From contig JAJFGA010000046.1 in the NCBI GenBank assembly GCA_021776375.1, positions 353 to 64,352 on the forward strand: 64,000 nucleotides of DNA, written 5' to 3'. Shown here piece after piece: positions 48,248-58,152 of this stretch; the first letter of the stretch is position 1, and the number at the start of each line of letters is the position of its first letter. The notes beneath the pieces are model-generated. The model was given only the letters and a program-made list of their open reading frames with translations, did not search any database and was not told where the DNA came from. The stretch is from Hyphococcus sp. (GTDB lineage Bacteria; Pseudomonadota; Alphaproteobacteria; Caulobacterales; Parvularculaceae). A program made the translations under genes and the position numbers.

Positions 48248-49111
48248 ATGGAACCGGAAATCATCACGTTTTTTGACGAGACCACATTTACCGCCAGCCA
48301 TCTGGTGGTAGATCGTCAAACAAGCACAGCCGCGATTATCGATTCCGTGCTCGACTATGATCAAGCCAGCGGCAGAAGCAACACAACCTCCGCCGACGAG
48401 GTTATCGATTATATCACCGAACATAGCCTCACGCTTGAGTGGATTTTAGAAACTCATGTGCATGCAGATCACTTATCCGCTGCGCCTTATCTGAAAGAAA
48501 GACTTGGCGGCAAGGTCGGTATTGGTGATCAGGTTCCGCTCATTCAAAATACCTTTGGCGATATCTTCAACGCTGAGAAAGATTTCAACCGCGATGGGCG
48601 CCAGTTCGATGTGCTGTTCGCCGATGGGGAAACTTTCCAGATCGGCAATCTGGGTGTGCAGGTTTTGCATACGCCGGGACACACGCCAGCCTGCGTCACC
48701 TACGGGATTGGCGACGCCGCCTTTGTCGGTGACACATTGTTTATGCCCGATTACGGCACCGCGCGCTGTGACTTCCCCGGCGGCGATGCGCGCGCGCTTT
48801 ACCGGTCCATTCAAAAAATCCTCGCCCTGCCCGATGCGACCCGCATCCTCACCTGCCATGACTATAAGGCCCCGGGACGAGACAAGTTTGCATGGCAATC
48901 GACCGTCGCCGAGCAGCGCTCGGGCAACTTGCATATTGGCGGCGATGTCAGCGAGGACGAATTTGTGAAGATGCGCGAAAAGCGCGATGCGCTGCTCTCC
49001 ATGCCGCGGCTGATCCTGCCTTCAGTACAGGTGAATATGCGCGCCGGGCACTTTCCGCCGCCTGAAGATAATGGCGTAAGCTACTTGAAAATACCCGTAA
49101 ATACGCTTTGA
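48248..49111 (+). CDS. MBL-fold persulfide dioxygenase (Blh/ETHE1-like)
   Basis: ETHVHADHLS, TPGHTPAC, GTARCDFPGG, CHDY; AGGAGG RBS. Confidence 0.92.
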   Translation: MEPEIITFFDETTFTASHLVVDRQTSTAAIIDSVLDYDQASGRSNTTSADEVIDYITEHSLTLEWILETHVHADHLSAAPYLKERLGGKVGIGDQVPLIQNTFGDIFNAEKDFNRDGRQFDVLFADGETFQIGNLGVQVLHTPGHTPACVTYGIGDAAFVGDTLFMPDYGTARCDFPGGDARALYRSIQKILALPDATRILTCHDYKAPGRDKFAWQSTVAEQRSGNLHIGGDVSEDEFVKMREKRDALLSMPRLILPSVQVNMRAGHFPPPEDNGVSYLKIPVNTL

Positions 49112-49118
49112 TCGGGCT

Positions 49119-50633
49119 ATGGGCCTCGATAATTTCTACGCAACACTGAAGCGCCGTTTCGACGGCGCCCGCACCAAACCGTTCTTAACCTTACCGGGTG
49201 CGCAGCACAGCTATGGCGAGATTGATGCGCGCTCAGAGTACATCGCCGGGGCGCTTATTGAGGTCGGCGCGCGGCCCGGCGACCGTATTGTCGTGCAGGC
49301 CGAGAAATCGCCTGAAAACGTCGCGCTCTATCTTGCCGCTCTGCGGACGGGCCTTGTCTACCTGCCGTTGAACACCGCCTATACGCCGGGTGAGGTCGGA
49401 TATTTTCTGAACGACGCCGAGCCGTCGGTGTTTGTCTGCGATCCGAATAAGCATGACGTTCTGGCGCCAATTGCCAAGACTGCCGGCGTTCAAACGATCT
49501 TCACGCTCGCTGCCGATGGCGCCGGAACGTTGAGCGACGCCGCTGACGCTGCCGCGCCGTTCAACCACATTCAACCGCGCCACGAAGACGACCTTGCGTC
49601 GATCCTCTACACCTCCGGGACGACCGGTCGCTCAAAAGGCGCGATGCTCAGCCATGGCAATCTCGCCTCCAACGCAATCACGTTGAACACGCTTTGGGGA
49701 ATCTCGCCCGACGACGTGCTCATCCATGCGCTGCCGATGTTTCACATTCACGGATTATTTGTCGCGCTACACACGGCGATGCTGTCGGCTTGCGAAATTC
49801 TCTTTCTGCCGAAATTTGATGTGGCGGAAATCCGCCGCCAGCTGCCGCGCGCCAGCATGATGATGGGCGTGCCGACCTTCTATACGCGCCTCCTCGCCGA
49901 GGCGGATTTCGGCAAGGGCGAGACCGCCCATATGCGCCTTTTCATCTCCGGATCGGCGCCGCTGACCGATGAGACCTTCAACGCTTTCGAGGCGCGTACA
50001 GGTCATCGGATATTGGAGCGATACGGCATGTCCGAAGCCGGCATGATCGCCTCCAATCCGCTGGACGGGACGCGCCTTGCGGGCACGGTGGGGTTCGCCT
50101 TGCCCGGCGTTTCGCTGCGCATCGCCGATGATGCAGGGATCGCCCTGCCGCCCGGGGAGCCTGGCAATGTCGAGGTAAAAGGTCCCAATATTTTCAAGGG
50201 CTACTGGCGCATGCCTCAGAAGACAAAACAAGAGTTTCGCAGCGATGGTTTCTTCATTACCGGCGATATTGGCGCGCTCGACGCTGAAGGCCGGTTAAGC
50301 CTCATTGGTCGCGCCAAGGACCTCATCATCGCAGGCGGCTACAACATCTATCCGAAGGAAATCGAGGCCGTGCTGGACGCGATTCCCGGCATTAATGAGA
50401 GCGCCGTTATCGGCCTGCCCCACGCCGATATGGGCGAAGGCGTCGCCGCAGTTTTGGTCGCAAAAGAGAGCGCTGTTGACGAGCAAACCATCGAGACGGC
50501 GCTGGCTGCGCTAGCCAAATTCAAGCGCCCGAGAAGGCTTTTCTGGGTCGAGGCCCTGCCCCGCAACGCCATGGGCAAAGTACAAAAGCAGGTCTTACGC
50601 GAGCAGTATAAAGACGTGTTCGCCGCCACCTAA
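49119..50633 (+). CDS. matB: Malonyl-CoA synthetase
   Basis: YTSGTTGRSKGAMLSH, MGVPTFYTRL, LERYGMSE, LPRNAMGKVQK. Confidence 0.88.
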   Translation: MGLDNFYATLKRRFDGARTKPFLTLPGAQHSYGEIDARSEYIAGALIEVGARPGDRIVVQAEKSPENVALYLAALRTGLVYLPLNTAYTPGEVGYFLNDAEPSVFVCDPNKHDVLAPIAKTAGVQTIFTLAADGAGTLSDAADAAAPFNHIQPRHEDDLASILYTSGTTGRSKGAMLSHGNLASNAITLNTLWGISPDDVLIHALPMFHIHGLFVALHTAMLSACEILFLPKFDVAEIRRQLPRASMMMGVPTFYTRLLAEADFGKGETAHMRLFISGSAPLTDETFNAFEARTGHRILERYGMSEAGMIASNPLDGTRLAGTVGFALPGVSLRIADDAGIALPPGEPGNVEVKGPNIFKGYWRMPQKTKQEFRSDGFFITGDIGALDAEGRLSLIGRAKDLIIAGGYNIYPKEIEAVLDAIPGINESAVIGLPHADMGEGVAAVLVAKESAVDEQTIETALAALAKFKRPRRLFWVEALPRNAMGKVQKQVLREQYKDVFAAT

Positions 50634-50644
50634 CGCAACAGTGC

Positions 50645-51541
50645 TCAGCGCCGCATGTGGGACGGAAACGCGCCTAATTTTTCCGGATTGCGCACCGAAT
50701 AGATCGCCGCGATTTTGCCGTCTTGAACATCAATGCCCATTGCATTGTCGAGTTCGTCATTCGCGTAGATCAACAATCCCGGCAATCCGTTCAGTTCCGT
50801 CGGAACGGCTTCAACCTTGTCGTTGCGCGCGACGCCTTTGCGAACCACACCGATAAAAAAGCGTGCAACTTTATCGGCGCCAATGACCGGTTTAAGCGCG
50901 GCGATCCGAACACCGCCGCCATCGGAATAAGCGACCGCGTCATCGGTCAGCAATGACTGCAAGCGATCCGCATCTCCGCTCGCCGCCGCTTCAATAAAAC
51001 GTTGCAAAAGCTCCTGATGCTGATCAGGCGCGGCGGAACGTCCTGCACGCTCCTGGCGAACGGCTTTGCGCGCACGCGCCGCGAGCTGCCGGCACGCCGC
51101 CTCGCTTTTGCCGAGCGCCGCTGAAATTTCCGCAAACGGCGTGTCAAAAACATCATGCAGCAAAAACGCGGCGCGCTCAGGCCCTGAAAGGCGTTCCAGG
51201 GTTAACAGGAGCGCAAAAGAAAGATCGTCGGCAAGCTCAAGCGCGGTTTGCGGCGACAGGGCGTCCGCTTCCGGCGCGGGCTCCGGCAGCCATGGGCCGA
51301 CATAGACCTCGCGCTTCGCCCGGGCCGATTTCAGCCGGTCGAGGCAAAGCCGCGTCACCATGGTGACCAGAAACGCCTCCTCGGAACGGATATCGGCGCG
51401 CTCAGCGCCCGCAAAGCGCAGATACGCATCCTGCAAAACGTCTTCCGCATCCGCCATCGAGCCGAGCATGCGATAGGCGAGCCCCATCAACCGCCCGCGA
51501 TGGGCGGCGATGGGATCGTCAGTGATCTTGTCCGTGGTCAC
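50645..51541 (-). CDS. sigJ: ECF41 (SigJ-like) sigma factor with SnoaL-like tail
   Basis: AYRMLGS..AED, YVGPWLPEP, DGGG, RNPEKL; GTG start overlaps the upstream TGA. Confidence 0.9.
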   Translation of the reverse strand: MTTDKITDDPIAAHRGRLMGLAYRMLGSMADAEDVLQDAYLRFAGAERADIRSEEAFLVTMVTRLCLDRLKSARAKREVYVGPWLPEPAPEADALSPQTALELADDLSFALLLTLERLSGPERAAFLLHDVFDTPFAEISAALGKSEAACRQLAARARKAVRQERAGRSAAPDQHQELLQRFIEAAASGDADRLQSLLTDDAVAYSDGGGVRIAALKPVIGADKVARFFIGVVRKGVARNDKVEAVPTELNGLPGLLIYANDELDNAMGIDVQDGKIAAIYSVRNPEKLGAFPSHMRR

Positions 51542-52083
51542 GCCGCCTCTTTTACAACATCCACGGGCGCGTCGTCGATGCTCACCCGCCCGCATGTTTT
51601 CGCAAAACCGAGCCCGGCTTTCACCATCGGATAGACGCGCCCGATCTGGACCGCGAGGGTAAGGTCGATCACCGCCGCCTCGCCCCATTGCGCGCGGACC
51701 GCATCGCGCACTTCATCTTCGGAGTGGGCGCGGCGCACCACGGCATCGGCGAACTGAAAGCCGAGCGCTGCATCTTCGTTCATCGCGGCGCGGTCGCGTT
51801 TTAAAACCGCTTCGATCTGCGCGGGATCAACGCCCGCCTCGCGCGCCATGTTGACGGCGATCTGCACGCAGGGCCCGCAATCCTCGGCAACGGCGCCGAC
51901 AAGTTTTGCGGCGAAGAGCGCGTCTTTCGGCGCCGCCTCGCAATGTTGGGAGAGCTCGGTCAGCTTGGCGAATTTGAAAAACGCCGACGGCGAGACCGTC
52001 AACATATGGCGCATATAAGAAACGTCATACGCATAGCGTTCAGAAAAAGCCTTAAGGCCGCGTTCGGCAAAAAATCTAAGCAT
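51538..52083 (-). CDS. AhpD/carboxymuconolactone decarboxylase-like protein
   Basis: EDCGPCVQ motif; typical ECF41 partner. Confidence 0.75.
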   Translation of the reverse strand: MLRFFAERGLKAFSERYAYDVSYMRHMLTVSPSAFFKFAKLTELSQHCEAAPKDALFAAKLVGAVAEDCGPCVQIAVNMAREAGVDPAQIEAVLKRDRAAMNEDAALGFQFADAVVRRAHSEDEVRDAVRAQWGEAAVIDLTLAVQIGRVYPMVKAGLGFAKTCGRVSIDDAPVDVVKEAA

Positions 52084-52456
52084 GGTTTTCTCCTTTTGCA
52101 GGCAAGGCCACCCACAGCGATAGCGCCGCGGGCAGAACGATGCCGGTCCATTCCATGATGACGTAATGGGCATGCCCGCCGAGCAATCCGGCGACATGAA
52201 TGAGCCCGTGGCCGAATAAAAACGCCGCCCCGGTGAGCGCCGCCGGCCAGTATTGCGGCCGCCAGGCGCGCGCGGCGAGCCCCGCCCCCGCAACAAGAAA
52301 GCCGACGCCGATATCCGCCACAAAATGAAAATTATAAGGCCCGGTGTCGCTGGCGCCGGGCGCCGTCAAATACCATTGCTTACCGGCGATCAGCATAAAA
52401 AGACCGTTCCCGATCGCCATCGCCGCGAGCAATCCGGAAATCCATCGTTTGACCAT
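52076..52456 (-). CDS. Hypothetical membrane protein
   Basis: Four hydrophobic segments, TGPYNFHFVADIG; AGGAGG RBS. Confidence 0.8.
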   Translation of the reverse strand: MVKRWISGLLAAMAIGNGLFMLIAGKQWYLTAPGASDTGPYNFHFVADIGVGFLVAGAGLAARAWRPQYWPAALTGAAFLFGHGLIHVAGLLGGHAHYVIMEWTGIVLPAALSLWVALPAKGENHA

Positions 52457-52478
52457 GTCGTCCTCCTGTCAGGCCCTA

Positions 52479-52505
52479 GACGAGACAGGAGGATCGGTTG
52501 TGACA
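52479..52505 (-). promoter_or_regulatory. ECF41 target promoter
   Basis: Minus strand TGTCACA-N16-CGTC, the established ECF41 consensus, upstream of the operon containing the sigma factor. Confidence 0.8.
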
Positions 52506-52525
52506 AACCGCGAAGAAAAATGTTG

Positions 52526-53050
52526 CTAACGCGCGTCCATGATCGCCGTATGGGCGATTTTCCAACTATCCGCCTGGTTCTCAAGCACCAGATGGATATG
52601 CGTTCGGCGTAAGTGCTCGCCCGCAACCCGGGATTCGCCGCGATTGCCGTCTGTGTACATGTGAATAACCGCGGCGTCATCGCCGAGATACCGGATCGAG
52701 ATTGTCGTCATGTTTTCCGCCTCCATCTTCGATACTGACGGATCGAAGGCCGGAAAAAGACGTTTCTCAAGAAAGGTCCCCAGCGTTTCGCTCTCGCGAA
52801 AGATGCGCGCGTAAGCGTTAATCCATTCAACATCTGCGGCGTGCATCGCCATTAGAGCGGTCGTGTCCTGCTCGCCCCAGGCCGATTTGAACTCGGCGAG
52901 AAATCGATCAACGCCTTGGGCGTGCGCCTTGTAAACCGGTTCGCCGAAAGTGCGGAACTCCGGTATCTCGCGGCGTTCCTGAGCAAATGCGGCGGCGCTG
53001 AGGAAAACGCCCCCGGCGCAGATAAGGGCGGCTGTGAAAAGGTGTTTCAT
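52526..53050 (-). CDS. Secreted NTF2/SnoaL-like (SgcJ/EcaC-type) protein
   Basis: Signal peptide; AW...D..DVEWINAYA, IRYLGDDAAV, WKIAH. Confidence 0.8.
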   Translation of the reverse strand: MKHLFTAALICAGGVFLSAAAFAQERREIPEFRTFGEPVYKAHAQGVDRFLAEFKSAWGEQDTTALMAMHAADVEWINAYARIFRESETLGTFLEKRLFPAFDPSVSKMEAENMTTISIRYLGDDAAVIHMYTDGNRGESRVAGEHLRRTHIHLVLENQADSWKIAHTAIMDAR

Positions 53051-53155
53051 CGGTTATAATGTCCCTTGTTACGGTATTGGATAGATTGGCCCTGAATGAG
53101 GTTGTGAGCGCTCTTCGAAGGCCGGTCACCCCTATCTGTAAGCGGCTGGGCGGGA

Positions 53156-53980
53156 TTGAAATGGGAAATTCGTGAAGTGTCATTTGGTGTCGCGAACAGT
53201 CCTGAACCGGACATTTCAGCGCGAATTGTCGGGAAAATCTCGGCGGGATGCGGCTGGCTTTTGTATGTCATTGGAATGCTTGGCATTGCCTTGGTTTTCT
53301 CTGCGGCCGGCGCTTACGACACAGATGAGCTGGGCGTCGCCCACCGATTCATCCTCTGGCTGACGGTTAGCTCTCTCATTGTCGGCCAGGCGTTCGTTTT
53401 TCATATATGGTTTTCGCGGCTCCGGTGGTTTCATAAAAAGCATGCGCTTGCGGCGGGCGCGGCGGTTTTCGTGACACTCATCCTCGTCGCCCTCGAATTG
53501 CATGGTCTGAAATACACGCCCCTCCTGCCAAAGGAGCCGGACCCGATTTTTGGATTCATCATCTTCCTCTCGCCGACGGTCGTTCCTATCGCGGGAGCCG
53601 TTGTGACCGCGCGCATATTTTTATCCGCACGGCGGGTCCAGCAGTCTGGCGACCCCATCGATATGAAGGACACAGCGGCGGGTCCGATCACCGATGAATG
53701 GCCGCACTCGCCGGTCTCAACGGTGAAATCCACCGATCACTATCTTGAAGTGAACTGCGATGGCGCAGTCTCCTTCGTGCGCGGCAGGATGAAGGACGCC
53801 GTTTCTCACCTGGCGGATGCCGACGGGCTGCAGGTTCATCGCTCCTGGTGGGTGGCGCGAGGCTCCGTTGACCGCGTCGAGACGAGAGGGCGCGACAAAG
53901 TCATCGTGCTCCATGACGGGCGGCAAATACCGGTTGCGAGATCGCGCGTTCAAGCGCTGCGCGACAGGCGCTGGATGTGA
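53156..53980 (+). CDS. Membrane-bound LytTR regulator
   Basis: TM segments then DHYLEV, GLQVHRSWWVA, IPVARS; start uncertain. Confidence 0.88.
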   Translation: MKWEIREVSFGVANSPEPDISARIVGKISAGCGWLLYVIGMLGIALVFSAAGAYDTDELGVAHRFILWLTVSSLIVGQAFVFHIWFSRLRWFHKKHALAAGAAVFVTLILVALELHGLKYTPLLPKEPDPIFGFIIFLSPTVVPIAGAVVTARIFLSARRVQQSGDPIDMKDTAAGPITDEWPHSPVSTVKSTDHYLEVNCDGAVSFVRGRMKDAVSHLADADGLQVHRSWWVARGSVDRVETRGRDKVIVLHDGRQIPVARSRVQALRDRRWM

Positions 53981-53996
53981 TCCTGATAGAAGAGAA

Positions 53997-54518
53997 CTAT
54001 CGGTGCAACACGATAATCTCTTCGCCGCCATAGCGGGTGCGCGCGGTTTCTTTAAACCCACATTTTTCCGCGACGCGGATCGAGGCTGTATTGGGCGGGT
54101 CGATGATGCACGACATCCGCGCGCCGCCAAAATGCTCGTCGCCCCAGCGCACCGCCGCCTGTGCGGCTTCCGTCGCATAGCCCTTGCCGAAACCTGCCGG
54201 CGCCAGCACCCAGCCGATTTCCGGCTCGTCCTTGAGCGACGGCGTGATCGGGCGTTTGTAATCGACAAAGCCAACCTCACCGATGAGCGCGCCGGAGGTT
54301 TTTTCTTCAACCGCCCAATAGCCGTATCCCATCACCGACCAGTGGCCGATCATTTTCAGGAATGTGGTCCAGGACTGTTCTTCACTCTTGGGCTTGCCGC
54401 CGATGAAGCGGGTTACCTCCACATCGGCCCACATCGCGCGAAAAAACGGATAATCATTCCCGGAAAATGCGCGCATGCGCAAGCGTTCGGTCTCCAAGGT
54501 TGGGACAGCTTTCGTCAT
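53997..54518 (-). CDS. GNAT (RimJ/RimL-like) acetyltransferase
   Basis: LETERLRMR, PEIGW, GKGYATEA, NTASIRVAEKCGF. Confidence 0.92.
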   Translation of the reverse strand: MTKAVPTLETERLRMRAFSGNDYPFFRAMWADVEVTRFIGGKPKSEEQSWTTFLKMIGHWSVMGYGYWAVEEKTSGALIGEVGFVDYKRPITPSLKDEPEIGWVLAPAGFGKGYATEAAQAAVRWGDEHFGGARMSCIIDPPNTASIRVAEKCGFKETARTRYGGEEIIVLHR

Positions 54519-54520
54519 GA

Positions 54521-56287
54521 TTATTTCTTTTCCAGCTTCGCCTCAGCGATATAAGTATCAATCTGCGTGCGCAAGACCTCCAGCGGTAATCCGCCGCCGT
54601 TCAAAACGGCATCGTGAAACGCGCGAATGTCAAATTTGTCGCCGAGTTCTTTTTCAGCCTTTGCGCGCAACTCCCAGATTGTCAACTCGCCCATCTTGTA
54701 GGCAAGCGCCTGACCCGGCCAGGCGATATAGCGATCGACTTCGGTGTTCACATTATGAAGCGACAGCGCGGTGTTGGAGGCGAGATAGTCGACCGCCTGA
54801 TCGCGCGTCCAGCCTTTGGCGTGCAGCCCGGTATCGATTACCAGCCGCGCAGCGCGCCACATCTCCCAGGTGAGCCGGCCGAAATGATCATACGGCGTTT
54901 GATAAACGCCCATCTCAACGCCGAGCTTTTCTGAATAAAGCCCCCAGCCTTCGCCAAAGGCGTGCGGGTAGAAATCTTTTCGAAAGTCCGGCGCGTTTTC
55001 GATCTCCAGCGACAGGGCGCTTTGCAGATGGTGGCCGGGAACGGCTTCATGGAGCGCCATCGCCGCTAGCTGATAGAGCGGACGGTTTTCGTGGTTATAG
55101 GTGTTAACCCAAAACTGCCCGCCGCGAGCGGCGTCTTTCGACGCGCCGATATAGCGTGCGGTGGTGTAATTCGGCGCGATCTCCGCCGGCACCGGTTCGA
55201 CCGAATAGGGCTGGCGCGGCAGCTTGCCGAAATAGGCGGGCAGGCGCCCGTCGATATCCTTAGCTATCCATGCCGCGCGTTCCAGAAGCGCTTCTGGAGA
55301 TTTTGCATAGAACTGTTTATCCGTACGCAGAAATTCCAGAAATTCCGCAAAGCTTCCCTCAAATCCGGTCTCTTTAATGACGCCCGCCATCTCGGCGCGG
55401 ATCCGCGCAACTTCCTTAAGGCCAAGCTCGTGGATATCCTCAGCTGTCGCATCGTCAAGCGTCGTATAAAAGCGCAGACGCGCGGTATAATAGGCTTTGC
55501 CATCGGGCAGATCATAAGCACCAAGCGTATCTCGGGCGGCAGGCAGATAGCCGTCTTTCATGAACGCATAGAGCCGTTCAAATGCCGGGATTACCGCCTG
55601 TTCAAGAGTTTTTTGCGCCTGCTTGCGTAACGCCTTCTGCCGGCGCTTTGAAATCCCCTTCGGCATAGTTTGAAACGGCGCAAAATAAGGGTGCGCCTCA
55701 GCACCGTCAGTGATTTGCGCTTTAAACGACGGCAAAATCTTCGGCAAGATTTCTTTTGGCTGCGTGAAACCATCGGCAAGGCCCTGGCGCATATTGGCAA
55801 TATTCTGATCAATATAGGCGGGAAAACCAGCGAGGCGCGCCAGGTAGTTTTCGTAATCCTTCTCTGTACGGAACGGCGTTGAACTGACCACATAGCCGAA
55901 ATTGGTGTGAAATCCAGTATCAGCCAAAAACGGAATGCGCCAGTCGTCAAACGCCGCCAGCGTGATGTCGTGTTTTAAAATAAACCCCAACAATTCGGCG
56001 TTGAGCCGGTCGTCGGCGCCAAGGCCGGCTTTGTCGATCGCCTCAAGCCGCGCAGCGAAAGCGGCGGCCTCCCCGGCGCGGCGCTGATAGTCGCCAGGCG
56101 CTACCGCCGGCATGCGGTCATTATAGTCGGCATTACCCGAGCCGGTTGCAGAGAGCGGATGCTCGGCCATCTCATTGGCCCAATACTCGTCGATCAACAC
56201 ACCCAGATCATCAGCCGGTGCGGCAGCCGCCACAGACGCGAGCACAGCGACCAGAAAACTAAAAAACAAGGCAAAAACTCTCAGCAT
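54521..56287 (-). CDS. DUF885 family protein
   Basis: Signal peptide; HEAVPGHHLQ, EGWGLYSE, RLVIDTGLH, PGQALAYKMG. Confidence 0.93.
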   Translation of the reverse strand: MLRVFALFFSFLVAVLASVAAAAPADDLGVLIDEYWANEMAEHPLSATGSGNADYNDRMPAVAPGDYQRRAGEAAAFAARLEAIDKAGLGADDRLNAELLGFILKHDITLAAFDDWRIPFLADTGFHTNFGYVVSSTPFRTEKDYENYLARLAGFPAYIDQNIANMRQGLADGFTQPKEILPKILPSFKAQITDGAEAHPYFAPFQTMPKGISKRRQKALRKQAQKTLEQAVIPAFERLYAFMKDGYLPAARDTLGAYDLPDGKAYYTARLRFYTTLDDATAEDIHELGLKEVARIRAEMAGVIKETGFEGSFAEFLEFLRTDKQFYAKSPEALLERAAWIAKDIDGRLPAYFGKLPRQPYSVEPVPAEIAPNYTTARYIGASKDAARGGQFWVNTYNHENRPLYQLAAMALHEAVPGHHLQSALSLEIENAPDFRKDFYPHAFGEGWGLYSEKLGVEMGVYQTPYDHFGRLTWEMWRAARLVIDTGLHAKGWTRDQAVDYLASNTALSLHNVNTEVDRYIAWPGQALAYKMGELTIWELRAKAEKELGDKFDIRAFHDAVLNGGGLPLEVLRTQIDTYIAEAKLEKK

Positions 56288-56449
56288 CGACCGTCTCCTG
56301 TAAAAGTGGGCCCGCGCAAGCCCGCCACCAGCGTTGCCGGAGAATAGCACGATGCGCGGGGAAAGGAATCGTGGATTTTCGCCCGAAAAAAGTAATGGCT
56401 ACGTGCTATGCCGAGGTCACTGACTATTAACCGGTGCGCTAGCGACTGG

Positions 56450-56674
56450 CTAATCCTCCGACGAAACCTCCGCCGGAATATGCTCCAGTATCTCTCCCGG
56501 TTGGCATTTTAAAACCTCACAGATTTTGTCGAGCGTGTCGAATTTAACGCCCTTCATGTTACCGGACTTCAGCTTCGACAGATTGGCTTCAGTCACGCCG
56601 ATTGCTGCGGCGAGTTCTTTCGACTTCATTTTTCTCAAGGCCAGCATAACATCCAGCCTGATGACAACGGCCAT
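56450..56674 (-). CDS. YozG-like Cro/Xre HTH regulator
   Basis: RLDVMLA.RKM, ANLSKLKSG, LKCQPGEIL. Confidence 0.92.
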   Translation of the reverse strand: MAVVIRLDVMLALRKMKSKELAAAIGVTEANLSKLKSGNMKGVKFDTLDKICEVLKCQPGEILEHIPAEVSSED

Positions 56675-56683
56675 GCGACACGC

Positions 56684-57214
56684 CTAAAGATATTGTTCTG
56701 TTTCGGTCTTGTAGCGTTCTCCCTCAAGCAAAACAAACGATACAATGAGAAAAATCACGGCAGTGAAGATATGTGAGAGATGAGCGGCGTTGATGTTGAT
56801 GTGAGTCCATAAAGGCGCGTTATCAAACACGCCTTGCGCCCATCGGCGCGCACCGCTGGTGACAATGTCAAAAATGACAGCGATGATCGTAAAGAGTGAA
56901 AAAGCGCGGAGGTCGAGCGCGGCGGCCCGGTCTACAAAAAGCTCGTGCGAAAATCGAAGGAACATCCGCCGCAATCTGTAAAGCGCATATAGCCAAGCCA
57001 GTAACGAGGGCAGCGCCACGGCAAAACCCAACAACCGCGCACCGGGCCGCGGCGGCGTATCGAACAGCACCAGCGTGTTATTGCCGATATTGTTTAACCC
57101 CAAGCCCCAATACACCAACAGAATCGCCGCTGCGATGAGCACGATCACCGGGATAAACCAAAGCATGGCTATGCTGGTCCGGCGGAGCCATAAGCGGGTT
57201 CTTGACGATTTCAT
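56684..57214 (-). CDS. DUF2975-like membrane protein
   Basis: Four TM segments directly upstream of the YozG-type HTH, the usual pairing. Confidence 0.75.
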   Translation of the reverse strand: MKSSRTRLWLRRTSIAMLWFIPVIVLIAAAILLVYWGLGLNNIGNNTLVLFDTPPRPGARLLGFAVALPSLLAWLYALYRLRRMFLRFSHELFVDRAAALDLRAFSLFTIIAVIFDIVTSGARRWAQGVFDNAPLWTHININAAHLSHIFTAVIFLIVSFVLLEGERYKTETEQYL

Positions 57215-57227
57215 TTTATTTCCATAT

Positions 57228-57256
57228 TAGATAATAAATTATCTATTTTAGATAAT
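57228..57256. promoter_or_regulatory. AT-rich overlapping palindromes, probable operator of the HTH regulator
   Basis: TAGATAATAAATTATCTA and ATTATCTATTTTAGATAAT. Confidence 0.5.
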
Positions 57257-57342
57257 TTCATGGCGAATTTAGATATTCGCCCATAGTGGCCGCATTGGCA
57301 ACTCCCTGTTGCGCATTAACGGCAGATGGATGGAGTAAGTCG

Positions 57343-58086
57343 ATGGATATGGTTTTGACATTCGCCCTATGGTGGGCGCCAGTTCTGGCGATAGCGTTCA
57401 TGTTAAGCGCCTTTGGCGCTGTTAAACTGCGGACGGCATGGTTCGGCATCGCGCTTATTCTCTACGCGGTATATTTCGCAACGATTTCCGTTGGCGGTCA
57501 GCTTATTCCACTTGAGAAGTTTTTCGGCGAGCTAGACTGGAACTGGTCCGGGAAAATAGTCTCGATTCTGGCGACGGTTGTCTTGTTCTGCGTCCTTGCG
57601 ATAACGACAAAGTCCATCACACCAGCATCCGCCGGGTTCGTTTTGCGCCAACGGTCTGGATCCATTACGCCAGCGCTCATTGTACTTGCATTACTTGTAA
57701 CCTCTGTTGTCGCCATGGAAATTCTCGCAGCAGATGGCAGCGATACCGGCGCCGAGCGCTTGTTGTTTCAGTTGACAATGCCGGGCCTCGATGAGGAACT
57801 CTTCTTTCGCGGACTATTTCTTGCCGCACTTGCAGCGGCCATCCCCACCAATGGCGTCAAATTATTAGGCGCACGAATAACCCTCGCCGGCCTTCTCATG
57901 ACCTTGATGTTTGGCTTTGGGCATGGCGCTTTCGTTCAAGACCAACAGTTAGTGATCAGTTGGCCGGCCGTCATCGTTACCGCCTATCTTGGGTTTGGGC
58001 TTTTATGGATCCGAGAGCGAACCGGCAGCGTCCTGATCCCAATACTCAGCCATAACCTCATCAACTTTGCAGGGTCCTTTTTTTAA
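57343..58086 (+). CDS. CPBP/CAAX intramembrane protease
   Basis: DEELFFRG, FGFGH, RERTGS, HNLIN. Confidence 0.9.
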   Translation: MDMVLTFALWWAPVLAIAFMLSAFGAVKLRTAWFGIALILYAVYFATISVGGQLIPLEKFFGELDWNWSGKIVSILATVVLFCVLAITTKSITPASAGFVLRQRSGSITPALIVLALLVTSVVAMEILAADGSDTGAERLLFQLTMPGLDEELFFRGLFLAALAAAIPTNGVKLLGARITLAGLLMTLMFGFGHGAFVQDQQLVISWPAVIVTAYLGFGLLWIRERTGSVLIPILSHNLINFAGSFF

Positions 58087-58152
58087 GGAGCGATCCACGC
58101 ATGCCGCCCCCAAAGCTGACAAACGCCTCTTCCATTTCCCGGCGTTCGCATT

